A stretch of 64,000 nucleotides of DNA from NCBI RefSeq assembly GCF_006345805.1, contig NC_043014.1, forward strand, positions 22,506,001 to 22,570,000, read 5' to 3'. The notes under the pieces were generated by a model. The model was not told where the DNA came from, made no database searches, and worked only from the letters and a program-made list of their open reading frames with translations. Origin of the DNA: Octopus sinensis (Eukaryota). A program made the position numbers and the translations under genes. Below are positions 33,785 to 47,393 of this stretch, piece after piece (positions within the stretch are counted from its first letter, which is position 1; every line of letters begins with the position of its first letter).

Positions 33785-35900
33785 TGTTATTGCCTGGAGG
33801 ACTATGATGAATAGGAGGGGGCTGAGGACTGATCCTTGGTGGACCCCTTCCCCTACCAGGAATTCTTCACTATACTCTTGCCAACTCTCACTTTACTGAC
33901 AGCATCATGTATATGGCTTGTACAGCTCTCGCTAACAACTTGTCTATCCCTAGTTTCCGCATTGACCACCAGATAAGGGATTGAGGGACCCTATCAAAGG
34001 CTTTCTTCATGTCAACAAAAACCAGGTACAGAGGTTTATCTTTGGTTAGGTATTTCTCTTGCAGCTGTCTTACCAGAAATATAGCATCAGTGGTGTTTTT
34101 GCCTGGCACAAACCCAAACTGCATCTTGTCTAAACTGACCCTCTCCCTAATTAGCTGGGCTATGACTCTTTATGTGACTTTCATTACCTGATCCAAAACT
34201 TTATACCTCTGTAATTATTCATATCTAATGCATCACCTTTACCTTTGTAGCAGTTGACTTTGGTGCTGCTACACCAGTCATTGGGTATGACTCCTTCGTG
34301 TATCACTTGACTGACTATATGGGTGACTAGACCATAGCCCATACCACCAGATATTTTAAGCATCTCTGCAGTGATTCCTGATGGGCCGGGGGCTTTCCCT
34401 GTCTTTATACCCTTAATTGCTTTATCTACCAAGGTACTGTCAATTTGGATAGCTAGTCCCGCTGTTGGGTTGACATTTAGCAGACTCTTTCTCCCATTCA
34501 TTCTCTTCATTTAGCAATCTTTCATAGTGGCATCTCCAAGTCTCTCTCTTTGCAGCCTCATTAAATGTGTCATCCAAGCAGACACATTTCTCTCCTATGA
34601 CATCATGATTCTCTCTCACACACTATCTTGCAATATGAAACACTTCAAGACTTTGGTCCTCATGACACAGAACATTGGCAAATTTTTTCTTATCTGCTTC
34701 CTCTCTGGCTAAGTAAACCTGTCTCCTAGCTTCCCTTCTGACAATCTGATACATTCCCTTGCTACCACCATTCTTCCAGTCCTTCCATGCCTGTTTCTTT
34801 TCCTTAATGGCCCTGTCAGCTACAATGTTCCACCACCATGTTACCTTGGGTCAAGAGGGGACTTTGCACCATCCACAGATCTGGTCAGTAGCTCTCAACA
34901 GGTCCCGGGGGCTTTCCCTGTCTTTATACCCTTAATTGCTTTATCTTTCTCTATTTCATCAAAAGCTTTGAGTAATATGTCCCTAATTCTCTGTCCATTT
35001 GCTTGATCCTTAAGCTTCCACACCCTTCTCCATGCTGGTCATCTTCTGGTCATCCATTTAGCCCTGATCCTGAAGTCGATAACTACTAATCTATGTTGTG
35101 GGGTGCATTCTTTACCTGGGAAGGTTTTGGTATTTTTAAGTAGCCGTCTTTCCCATTTCCTGTCAAGGATGTAGTCAATTTGACTAGTGTGTCCACCTGA
35201 TCGGTAAGTGAATAGGTGACTGGCAGGTTTCCTGAAGTCAGTATTACAAACCATAAGATCAACTCCAGCAGCCTGGTTCCCTCCTCATTGCGGGAACTAA
35301 AACCATAGCCTCCATGTATGCCATGGAAGCCCCTTGCCTGTTGTCCAATATGCCCATTGAAGTCGCTAACCACAAAGAGAAGGTCCCTGTCATTTGTCGA
35401 TGAGGTAGTCTGCAAGAAGGTGTCATAAAATTGGTCTTTCAGTTCATTAAGTAGCCCTGGGTGAGGGGCATAAGCCGAGATAATGGTTGTTAACCTATGT
35501 TGCAGTACTGACCTAATCTTCAGTATTCTATGACAGACTCTGACTACCTCGATTACCTTATCAACCCATTTCTCTGCAAGAAGTATGCCCACGCTCCCGA
35601 CCTATGTTCTTATACCTATGTTCTTTGCCTGTGAGGAACCTAGCAGAACTTCCTCTCCACCTTATTTCTTGGATGCAGCACAAATCTACACATCTCCGTT
35701 CAAGCATCTTAACAATCTCACCAGACCTACCTTTCAGTGTGCCAACATTAAGTGTACCAATTCTGAGAGTGTGGAAGGTGTGGGCCCGCGAGATCCTGGG
35801 ATGGGGGACAGTGGTGTCATGTACCTGAAAAGAAAGCTTGCATTTGGCAGAACTCATAAACATACAATAGCCCTCAACCTGCATATAGTACACCATCATT
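33785..35900 (-). mobile_element. RTE-clade LINE relic with APE endonuclease N-terminus and partial RT, internally deleted
   Basis: TLRIGTLNVGTLKGRSGEIV...DLCCIQEIRWRG; ISAYAPHPG; VSDFNGHIG; TSQIDYIL; KAPGPSGITAEML; QFGFVPGKNTTDAIFLVRQLQEKY. Confidence 0.9.
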
Positions 35901-38900
35901 TTATTTGCTACATAATCACTACATTACATGGGAAATAAACCCTAAGTAGGGATGGGGGAACATTAAGCCTTTGTTCATGGGAGAGATATCCGATAGAGGT
36001 CAGAGCATAAAGACTTCTGGTACAGGTAGTGAGGGTGGGAAGGGCAGGTTCACTGTGAAACAGAAAACACTCAGGTTGCCAGTGTGAGAAAATATTAATG
36101 ATAATAATGAGATAGAATTGAGCATTTGAACTCTTAACTAGAGCTATAACCAACAGTTTTCGGTCAGCCAAACTGACAAAATTAGATAATTGAATGAATA
36201 AATGATAATAATAAATGAGTGTGAAAGAGAGGGAGAATTGCTTATCTGAACATCTTCTGGTTTCTACTCCATGTGGCAAGGTATTAAAATATGAGGTAGG
36301 GGAATCTGAATGAGCTAGTTTATATGGAGTGGGGGAGAGGGGGTAAAGTGTTGGGAAAAGCAAGTGGTTAATGAAACTGAGAGAGAGAGAGAGAGTGACC
36401 AGAGTTAGGCTGGTTGAAGACAGAACATGAGGAGACAGAATTTTGGGATTTAGGGCAACATAATTGAATGAATGGGTTTAACATTGCTGCTGCTGGAGTG
36501 AAAGACTAGTAATTTTGATAATGAGATAGAATTGGGCACCATGAAACAGCAAAAACTCAGGCTGCCGGTGTGAGAAAATATTAATGATTATAATGAGATA
36601 GAATAAGGCATTTGAATTCTTAACTAGGCTACCTAAACTACAAAAATGAAATTTTCTTATCATGCTCACACGAAAGGAAATATGTAAGTTGATACTGGTG
36701 AACTGCATCATGATTATAAACATTAGAGCTTCCACCATCAGTACTTCCCACCACCACAGTCTGAGTGTTCAGCACATTGTTTACCACCCCCAACTTATTA
36801 CATACAAACACATATATATAATCACATATCTTCACATGATTTTTAAGACAGGATGCCCACTCCATCCCCTCCTTTATACTCTCTCCCAGCACACCCACCA
36901 CCTGCATCCAAGCCACATATTCATTTTGCAGGTAGTTGTCTCTTACATGCACAGTGACTTTTGTGCAAGGGCCATAATTTTGATGAATTCTCTTTTGAAC
37001 TTAGGCAAGATTTTCATTTTGTTTTTTCTCCAACACTCTCAAACTTCTTGCTTTTCAGTAGCAGAAAGACATCCCATCACTTTTCTTACAAGCCCTTCTG
37101 ACAAGTACCATTTAGATTCTCCCCTGACTCATCTGGGAAACCAATCAGTAAAATTGACTGAAATAGAGCTATAATACTGTATTAATATATCCACTCTGTA
37201 TCGACAAATATACAAGTTCCTTTTTTTCAGACTTCATACGCACACACAGCCACTTTTCCATATTGGCATGGACTATCCTTCTGATGCAGAGTTTTATAAT
37301 ACAAATATCCCTCATGTCACCAACCATTTTAGTCACTTTTTACAGCATGTAAGAATGTGATGTATCTTGGGAAAATGTATTCTGCTATAGTCCTAGGCCA
37401 TCAAATACCTTCTGGGTGAATTTGATAGACTGTGCAGAAGCCTGTTGTGTGAATGTGTGTGTATGTTCTTGTGTGTGTGTGTGTGTGAACCTTAGGTTAG
37501 TTTTATATTTGTGACATATTTCAACTTCTAAAGGCAAATTCACTGCAGTTACCATGGAGAAAAAAATTCTCTACTATGGTAATAGATTCCCAGACATTGC
37601 ATTTCTGAGAACTATGTTAAGGGTACATGTGTTTGTGGAGTGCTCAGCCACTTGTACATTAATTTCACGAGCAGGTTGTTCAATTGATTTGATCAACTGG
37701 TACATTTGTTGTAACAGATGGAGTGCCAGTTAGGAATGGACATGATACGGGTGAGGTGATGTTGAGTCAGGTGGATCAGATAGAATGTGATGTGACTCTT
37801 GTTGGTTCTGTGGATTAGACATCAAATTGGAAGTTGCAGAAAAGGAAGAGTAAGGTTGGAGTGTGTTGGTGTGTGACCCCATACTAATCAGATGGGAGGA
37901 TGATCACATCTTGATGAAGCCTGTATTATGTGTGATAGGTGGTCAGTGATGGGTGTAAAAGTGTAAGGATGCTGACATCTGGAAGATGAAAACTGGAAAA
38001 CAGGAGTAAATGGTATTCTATATAGACAATAATGAGATCAAGATGAATAGCAATTTTCTAAGCTGTAGCCTTATCCAACCCAGACTTTATCAAAAACTGA
38101 CAGTAAAGTAATTATGATGATCACCATACTGCTATTATTATTATTTTGATAGACCAGCACTTATATTTGTGACCATACCTTCTTAATTTTTTTTTTTTTT
38201 GACAGCTGCACTATCTAATGAATTATTCCTTTTTTAACATAGCTGAGTGTGATTTAAAAGAGATTTGACTGCTATGATAAGCAGATTGAAAAATCACATA
38301 CAAGATTCTATCATTGAATCTGGCTCTTTCCTTAGTTTAAGCTTTCCTGTTGGTAAGAGGCTGCCGATGTTCATTACAGTAATGATTTGATGCTGTTCAT
38401 CCATGCTAACTACTCGTAACTGTGATGAGTTACATGGAATAAACTATTAAGCAAGCCTTTAACTATTAATTTGACAACCTATTAATAGAAATAGCTATGA
38501 CTGACAATTAGTATCTTAATCTGCATCCCCCTCATGAAACAGTAATCTTGTTCTACATTCTAGTTTCTGGAACATGATTAACTTAAACATAAAATAAGTT
38601 CTTTGAGTTTACATTGGACTCAAAGCTGGATGTGCTACATATTAATTTAATCATTATTTCTGCTTGCAGTAGGATATGAAACATCATAAACATATTTTTG
38701 CCCATCTATCTCAGCTTCCCGTCATTGCTTTGATTTCTAATGGTGATTGACATTCAGACCCTTTTAGAATCTGGTCTCTCCATCAACTGATGGGACATGT
38801 TCTGTCTCTCTTTCCATGTATGATAACCTCCAGACAGCTCATAGAAAGTCCATAAGTTGAACTTTTAATGTGACCAAACAGTTTCAGGGCTTCACTTTTA

Positions 38901-39578
38901 CAGTTACTAAAATTGGTTGTAGCTGTGTTATTTCTCATAGATCTAGCATTTTAACTCTGTTGGGTGTTTACCAATAATAAATCTCTTGACATAGTTTTGA
39001 AATATTTCAAATTTTGAAACTACTTCCTTGAACCAGGTAACAGGCACAATGTAAGTGTTTGAAGCTGATAGTTTATATCTAAGAGAAATTCTACATGCTT
39101 TAAAGGTCAGGCATATATTGTCATTTCTAGCTTTGGTTGGGTCTAATTTGTAACTATGCTATCTGTAGCCAGATATCCATTATATTTCTCAAATTTAATA
39201 ATATCAGGTGAGGTACACTGTTTTCATAGGAATACTGTGTAGTCATTACAGATTATACAGTAATTTACTGTTAAAGTGTAAGCAAAACTGTAAAGATTCA
39301 TTTGGGATTCTCACTTCTAGTTCTTTGCTTGAAGAAACCGAGTGATTTTGGAGACCCCAGCATTAGTTGTTTAAATCAACCCCAGTATTGACTAGTGTTA
39401 AAGTACTGGTCAGCTCATTGAAATTTTCTTTAACAATAATAATGATGACACAAGGTTACAGTGTTTTCATATTTATTATATGAAACATTATTAAAATGTT
39501 AAGTAGAAATAAATATGTTGTGATAAAAATAAAAGACCATATTAGTCAAAGACTGGTGTGTGTGTGTGTGTGTGCATG

Positions 39579-39608
<30 letters not shown>

Positions 39609-39609
<1 letters not shown>

Positions 39610-39973
39610 CTATATAAACGGCAGTTTGTCTGTGTGTCTGTCAGGTTGTACCCTCACCCTGACCACGGCTTTCAACCGATTCTGATGAAACTTGACACAC
39701 ACATAGCCCAATGTCATAATTCAAAACTAACGCAGCGAAAATTTTGAAAAGTTCCCCCAGTTCTGAAAAAAATCGATAAATTCGACAAGGGGTCGAGAAT
39801 CAGAAACACAAACCACAGACTGTCTAGGGGACGCAACTCCACCTTTTTAACTCTCAAAAATAAATTTACCATAATTTTTTTCCAATTTTTTGCTATTTTT
39901 TGGCTATAACTCTCTAAAAATGCTTTATAGTTATTTCCCTTACAAACCTGAGCAACGCCGGGCGATACTGCTA

Positions 39974-39974
<1 letters not shown>
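39609..39974 (+). mobile_element. Non-autonomous Helitron
   Basis: A|TC start, CTAG|T end, hairpin ctgagcaacgccggg; shares only its 3' ~120 bp with 4460-4861. Confidence 0.78.
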
Positions 39975-40010
<36 letters not shown>

Positions 40011-40269
40011 CCTTGGAGGAATTCTAATCTCTGAATTAAAATCAGTGACAAGAGTAATGAGGCATCTTTCCAGCTGCATATTACTAATTTGGCAATCAAA
40101 TGCAGATGGCTGGCTGGATCCTTTGAACTTTCAGAACTGGAAACATGATGATTCTCTTGCTCCCAAATACAGTCACCACACAGTATAAAATTAACTCGCA
40201 ACAATCTAGCAAAATTACACACAAAAAAAAATGTCTCAATGAAAGATGTCACTGGGGAAGATTGAAAAA

Positions 40270-41200
40270 GTTAAAACTCTACTACCTAGAATGATGGCAA
40301 GAAAGATATGCATAGGACTTGTACCAAACTTTGGCATTGAAAGTTACACTAACAGTAGAACGGTGTGCCAAAGATCCTAACATTGCCACCAAGATACAGG
40401 AGCAGATACTACAACAACTTGGGTTTCAAGGGCTCACAACTCTTCAATATCCTTCTACAAAGATATCTGCATGGTGTGGATATAAGAGTCTTCGGATCTT
40501 TTTGGTTTGACCGGCAGTTTTTAACATAATTTCTAGGTAACTAAAAAATTTTAAACTTTGTATACTGGTAGAATGTGTTTATAAAACATCTTTTCTCTTG
40601 GCTTTATTGAGAAAATTCTCAATAAAGTTTTTTCTAGCGGTGTCATATGAAATTGTCACCCATAATTATGACCCTAGTATTGATCTATTGCATTTCAATC
40701 TATTTTAGATTTAGGGTTAGGGTTAGGAGTGGGGGGAAGGGTATCTTTTTTCTTCACAAATGTAAATAAATCCAATCTGTTTCTTAAACGAGGGACATAT
40801 TCATACAGCACAGAATGTTTTTACCTCAATAGTCGGTCATTGATTGGTTAAAATTGCCAAAATGCAAAGAATTAAAGACCAAATATCTTACAAACTATAG
40901 AATTTTCTCAATAAAGCCAAGAGAAAAAGATGTTTTAAAAACACATTCTACCAGTATACGAAGTTTAAAATTTTTTAGTTACCTAGAAATTATGTTAAAA
41001 ACTGCCGTTCAAACCGAAAAGATCCGAGTCTTCAAAACAAAACTGGATCTCCTCCTGTTAAGGATCACAGAGGATGAGAGGAGCAGCATAAAACTCACTT
41101 GTTCATCAAATGCCACTTATCAGATGAGGTTTCAAATAGTGGAGGTGTTGTGGAGCCAACGGTGGTGCCCCAGCATGGCTGCAGCTCCAGAGCTGGAACT
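40270..41200 (+). mobile_element. Old CR1-like LINE 3' fragment, split by foldback copy 2
   Basis: Homologous to ~11660-12130 on both sides of 40494-41025; ends in ggtggtgccccagcatggctgcagctccagagctgga. Confidence 0.8.
40494..41025. mobile_element. Foldback/MITE-like element, copy 2, with a short TTAGGG array
   Basis: GGATC...GATCC ends; 8-bp TSD GAGTCTTC (40486-40493, 41026-41033); ttagat-ttaggg-ttaggg-ttagga at 40705-40728. Confidence 0.9.
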
Positions 41201-41536
41201 GGTTCCTGGCTTTAAGGGTGTTGTGAAAGACCTGGCTGGAGGCCCAAGCTCCTGAGTTCTTTTTCAAAGCTTAGAAAAACTGAAAGACTGCTGCAATAAG
41301 TGTGTAAATATGAGAGGGGAATAAGCTGGATAAAATCATAATTAACTGATCTAACTAAGCCAGGAATTTTTCACCACTCCTCGTATGGGCAACCAGATCG
41401 AACAGTCTCAAGTGTAACTGCCCAAAACTGGTAACTTGACTAATGAAAGAAGGCCATGAATAACCTGTCCCTTTTTTCCTGTCTACCTTTGTATTGTCTA
41501 TCTGTCAAGATGTTTTATTGTCCTCTATTGCGTTTT

Positions 41537-41578
<42 letters not shown>

Positions 41579-41714
41579 TATATATTATATTATTTTATTT
41601 TTTGAGATATTAATCCCACCCTCACCGAAAAAACGACCATCCTGAAATCTAACAACATTGTCTGTTTCAACACACAGTTTCACACCAGGAATCTTGCAAC
41701 ACAAATTCATAGTC

Positions 41715-41778
<64 letters not shown>

Positions 41779-42970
41779 ACTATGAGAAACATGCAAAACC
41801 TGCTGAACAGCGAGAATCCAAGCAATAATGTATCTATTCATTCTCTATACATTCTAGAAGATTTGAGCATTACTTACTGCTGTTTTTTGTCATCATGGAA
41901 CATCTAGTCCCTTTCATGACACACGCAGTTCGTTGAAGTAAGATTTCGCGACCTTGTTGTTTGCACTGTCTAAAAATAATTCCGAGACAAAGACTGCATT
42001 AAAAATATATGCAATTTATTTCTGCCATTTTAGTGCTCCTTATATCAAATATGTTGAATATGAAATAATTAAAATAAAGCTTACCAATGACAAATATTTA
42101 ACCTTAAGGGAGGCAACTCTTGCTATGATTTGTTGATCACATAGATTCAATTTCCCAGAGTTATCTTACCTAATGGATAATATTGACAACGGCACGAGTG
42201 CAAATTTTGAGGGGAAGCTATAGATAAATAAGACCTTTTAACTGACTTCTGCTTTAGTAACTGATTAATCAATTATGTATATCAAATATTATTACCAAAG
42301 AAATCACATACACTCATGTGTGTTAATGTGTATATAAACACACACTGCATCTGTAATGAGTCCTGTATTATTATTATTATTATTATTATTATATTATTAT
42401 TATATATATATAAACTAAAAGGGGAAGTTCGAGAGCCCAGATGCTTAATCAGTAGACCACGTGATTTCTCAAGATCTAATAAGACGGCTAAAGAAGTTGA
42501 GAAAAGACAAGAGATAAAACTGTCTACATAAGTATGAGCATATGTTGTACCATTTATTTACTTTTATAAATATACACTTGCGTCAGAAATTAATTAGCAC
42601 TTCTCAAATTTCTACATTAAATAGGTTAAATCAATTAACCTATGAGCTGTTCAAAAAGTCTTACGCGATGAGAAAACTTAGTATGGTGTGATTTCGGTCC
42701 TTGCGAGGCGCTACCTATATCTATTAAACAAAGGAAGATTTGTCTGCATCCGCACTCCAAGTTGTTGTTGCACTGCTATGTCAACATCATAAGGGTGTAG
42801 ACTCTCAAACTGCTCTGCAAACAAAGTTACGTCATCGTTCTGCGCAACAGTGAACTCGCAACAAAGCAATAGTTCGAGATATGGCCACTAGGTGACAGCA
42901 CATACCTTGAGTGAAAAGCAAATCAAGGGTGCTAATTAATTTCTGACGGTAGTGTATATATATATATATA

Positions 42971-43179
42971 CTCTTTACTCTTTTACTTGTTTCAGTCATT
43001 TGACTGCGGCCATGCTGGAGCACCGCCTTTAATCGAGCAACTCGACCCCAGGAATTATTCTTTTGTAAGCCCAGTACTTATTCTATCGGTCTCTTTTGCC
43101 GAACTGCTAAGTAATGGGGACATAAACACACCAGCATCGGTTGTCAAGCAATGCTAGGGGAACAAACACAGACACACAA

Positions 43180-43212
<33 letters not shown>

Positions 43213-43383
43213 CACATATATACGACGGGCTTCTTTCAGTTTCCGTCTACCAAATCCACTCACAAGGCTTAGGTCGGCCCGAGGCTATAGTAGAAGACAC
43301 TTGCCCAAGGTGCCACACAGTGGGACTGAACCCGGAACCATGTGGTTGGTAAACAAGCTACTTAACACACAGCCACTCCTGCA

Positions 43384-43385
<2 letters not shown>
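42971..43385 (-). mobile_element. Full-length ~410-bp tRNA-derived SINE
   Basis: Reverse complement of 50134-50555; A box tggctgtgt, B box ggttcagtccc, internal (TA)/(TG) repeat, tail ending (aaagagt)n. Confidence 0.88.
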
Positions 43386-43431
<46 letters not shown>

Positions 43432-43899
43432 GGGAAGTATGTATTTAAACATGCTTACACACACGTATGTGTGTGTGTGTAATAATTAATAATTTTAAAT
43501 TTGTGTGTACACCTTGTAGAGTGCCATTTAAAGCCTATTCACTGTATTTGGCTACCTGATGTCATCAAAAGCATGGAACTACATGCCACTGGATTTACTT
43601 CAGGAATTCCTTCGTATCCGTAGAGTTTATGAAATATGAGAGAAAGAAAATAGAATTCACAAGACTCTTTATTATTCACTATGATATTTTCTGGCAATTG
43701 TGTACTGGTGCCTCATGGATGAGAAGCTGTACAAGCAGTTGTGGTGCATCATAGGTGCAGATGTATCTTGTCAGGTGGTTGTAGTTTGCTACTCATCTAC
43801 ACAAGAAACTGGGTTATAGTGTAGAACTCTATTTATATAAGCAATAAAGTGACTCACAAAGAATAAAAAAAAAATTATAATATATTTTTATATTATATT

Positions 43900-44515
43900 T
43901 TATTTTTTATTTTTTAATTCTTTGTTATGTGATAAATTCCTGTGTAAAATTGGGCAAAAGAAATGCTACAGAAACTTATGAAATACTCCAGGCTTCTTAT
44001 GGATTAAATTGTATAAGCAAAACACCTATTTTTCATTGGTACAAGAGGTCAGGCAAAGTACATCCAATGGAAAGCGGATGATGATCCCCTTTTCCAACAG
44101 TAAGGGCAGCCTCTAACCACTGGCCAAACAGTCAACAAAGAGTACTTTGTTGAGGTTTTGAGGAAGTTCAGGAAGAGATTTCATTGTGAAAAGCCAGAGC
44201 ACCTACGTCAGAACAATTCACCAGTCCACAGTACCGTCTTGGTAACCAACTACTTGACAGAGATGGGCATCAAAACTGTCTCTCCCCATCTCCCCGCTAC
44301 AGTCCTTGTGAGTTTTGGTTGTTCCACAAACTGAAGAAGGCTGTGACAAGGGTCTTAGACACCTTTAGTTTTGAAGACTTCCATGAAGTGGCTGGTGTGC
44401 TACGAATGCATAGAAGTCAGAGCATCCTACTTTGAAGGAGATTAGAGTTTTCTGCTTTGAAGTTAATAAATGTCTCTCCTGAAAAAGTCTGAAAATTTCT
44501 GGAATGCATCTTGTA
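43900..44515 (+). mobile_element. Internally deleted mariner relic
   Basis: Frameshifted IKF-CVKLG...ATETYEILQASYG-like N-terminus; QNNSPVHSTVLVTNYLTEMGIKTV...YSPCEFWLFHKLK; terminal ...ggaatgcatcttgTA. Confidence 0.75.
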
Positions 44516-44554
44516 CAAGATAGTTTTTCAACTCCTGTGTAACAGTGCTAATGG

Positions 44555-45085
44555 TATCTTCTGCACCCCTCCTTTCTTGGTAGGTAGGGCCTGTTTGTAT
44601 TACATATAGGGTGGTGCATGTTCTGCATTGAGAGCAGCCTCATCATTCTTCTACCTAAGTTCTGTGGTTCTGTCTTCTTTAGAAAAGGAGCAGAGTATCT
44701 TAATACTGGTATGGCTCATATATTCATTGCTTTGATAATATTCCCCCATTCAATTTTGTTTGGAGCACCTTCTTAATTTTTCTCTTGTACTCTTTGGAGA
44801 TTTTCTCAGTCACTTCTTCTATTATCCTGTTGCCTTGCAGCATCCCTAGGCACTTGTATCCCTTATTATTCCACAGGAATCTAATGATATCCTCTTGTGG
44901 TATTTTATACCATCAGAGTTTATTTCTTTTAATTAACACTGCATACTTGTTTATCGCAAACTGCATTCCAATATCATTGTTGAATACTCTTACCGTTAGA
45001 ATTAAAGAATTCAGGTCTTTTTCACATTTTGTATATAATTTGAGTTTTCACCCATATAAAGCAGGTGTTTTATTTTCATCTTAGA
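44555..45085 (-). mobile_element. R4/Dong-like non-LTR retrotransposon RT fragment
   Basis: Minus strand (frameshifted): KHLLYMGE-LKLYTKCEKDLNSLILTVRVFNNDIGMQF...YKCLG...KEYKRKIKKVLQTKLNG...LPRKEG. Confidence 0.65.
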
Positions 45086-45920
45086 GAAATAAATCTCTGT
45101 ATATTTGTCAGAAGGATTAACCCAATGACAAACAGAAATGGAAATAGTGAGAACGAGTTTCCCTGGAATATCTCCTTGCATATTTCCATGTTTCCTAACA
45201 GTTCATTTGCACAGTGTGTGTGTGTGTGTGTGTGCATGTGTGCAAATAAAATGAATAACCAGAGCAACAATTTCCTATTCTTTTCTATTGATTTCTATTT
45301 AGAAAAATTAAAAGATAAATATTTTTTTATTTGTTGTATCATAGAGTCATATATTTCAAAATATATTTGGAGATCAAAGAGTGAAGGACAGTCTTCCAAC
45401 ACTACAAGGGTAACATAAGATAAGGTAGCAGAGTTTTCATAAAAGTCAGAGCTCTGTGATCTTTGTCTTATAAAAAACCTTCATTCTATTTTCTACCTTA
45501 ACTAAAATGAAGGAAATGAACTTATTTAGACCTTCTGACATTCCCCTACACCAAAATGTTTTACTTCAATTCTCTTGATGCATGATTAATAACAAATGAT
45601 TGTGAAGAAAAGAAATGACCTGAATACAAACTGTATCATTAATAGTCATTTCTTCTTATTCCCAAAAGACCAATTAAATAAAACACCTGGTTTGGAAATA
45701 TCTGTTTACATCTAACATATGACAAACACATAACAGACTCTACATACTTCTTACACAAGGTTTGCTTGAATATTATATATTTTTCTACCCCAAAACAGAA
45801 TCAACATGTGAATGTGAGTCTGCATATTTGTGTGCACATGTGAATGTATGTGAAATAACTTGTTTTAAACATACCATATTTCTTTGTGATATATTTGAGG
45901 ACCTTCCTTCCCATTTTTGA

Positions 45921-46245
45921 AGGTGCATGGCCCAGTGGTTAGAGTGTTGAGCTTACGATCGTGAGGTTGTGAGTTCGATTCCTGGACCGGGCTGCATGTT
46001 GTATTCTTGAGCAAGACACCTTATTTCATGTTGCTCCAGTTAACTCAGCTGTAGAAATGAGTTGCGACATCACTGGTACCAAGCTGTATTGGCCTTTGCC
46101 TTTCCCTTGGATAACATCAGTGGTGTGGAGAGGGGAGGCTGGTATGCATGGGCAACTGCTGGTCTTCCATAAACAACCTTGCCCGGACTTGTGCCTCGGA
46201 GGGTAACTTTCTAGGTGCTATCCCATGGTCATTCATGACCGAAGG
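45921..46245 (+). mobile_element. tRNA-derived SINE with a conserved central-domain-like segment
   Basis: ggtgcatggcccagtggttagagtg...gagttcgattcc head, then ttcttgagcaagacacc...ttgctccag. Confidence 0.75.
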
Positions 46246-46830
46246 GAGTCTCCTCCTCTTCCTTCCCATTTGTTTACTTTACATAAAGTTGTAGCACTGA
46301 TAACTGGGTCTTTGTGCCCGTCAAATAATTATGCATATTGCTTATATGTACTAAATAAGCATTGACCAGATTAATATACATCCCTCTACTTCATAGCTCC
46401 GGGCATGTATTTAAAAATCACAACTTATGTATCAGCATAATATACAGAAGGTATTTTTTTCTAAATTATTATTTCTCATTGATATATAAAGTGATTGTTT
46501 CATTCTTTTATTTGTTCATGGTAAATTTATATGCCAACCATTCTTGATGACAAAAACTGCTATGTACTGTGTGGCTAAATGAGTATATATTTCAAGCATG
46601 TGGTAAATATTCAATATTTCCTTTATGTAGTATATTGAGGTCCATCAGTCTTCTTGTTTAATTCACTGAGACATAATTTCAAAGCACCAATTACCTGTTA
46701 AGTTATTGTGTACTATCAGCGATTATCTCCCAATAAACTAAAATTGAATTACTGGTGGGGGTCATGCACATTTTCTTGCTTACAAGTCTGTCTGTTTTTC
46801 TATCTGTCTACACATATGTGCACACGTACG

Positions 46831-46874
<44 letters not shown>

Positions 46875-47098
46875 ACACACACACACACACATATTAAAAA
46901 TAAACATGAAACATGAAAATAAATTGAAATATGAAATTGAAATACCAGTTGTGATCTTTGTCTTATAGAAAACCTTCATTCTATTTTCTAAGGCAGCATC
47001 TAACATTATATTAATGTTCAAATGATTCCCTATTAATGAGACACCTGATGTTTACTGCAGTTTTGAATACATTAATAAGAACAGACTAGTGTCTATAG

Positions 47099-47393
47099 TA
47101 GTGGTCTTCAACCATTTTTTATCTATGGACTCCTTTCTTTACTATTTTATTATGGTTGATCCCATAACTATTTGATGTTTGAAAACTAGTTTTATAAAGA
47201 CTTCTTTCAATATCAAAATTCCTATTTTGTTATTTACACATTAACTTGTGTAGGTTAAACTATGTAAAATGTTTCTTGCAATAAACACATAAAGAGCAAA
47301 CTTTTTTCATGGATCCTTAAAATATTATTGCAGGTACCCAATTTATTATTTCGTTTACGTGGTACCCCCATGGGCCCCGGTTGAGAACCACTG
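47099..47393. mobile_element. hAT (Charlie-like) MITE
   Basis: Ends tagtggtcttcaacc ... ggttgagaaccactg; degenerate 8-bp TSD gtctatag/atctaaaa (nTCTAnAn). Confidence 0.65.

Noticed and set aside
37740-38040. Possible further Penelope remnant on the minus strand
   Set aside because: Composition is suggestive, but no convincing motif could be read.
45921-45990. tRNA-like sequences at SINE heads (also 19800-19872, 43300-43385, 50134-50225)
   Set aside because: A/B boxes are present, but there is no complete cloverleaf and each continues into a SINE body; not called as tRNA genes.
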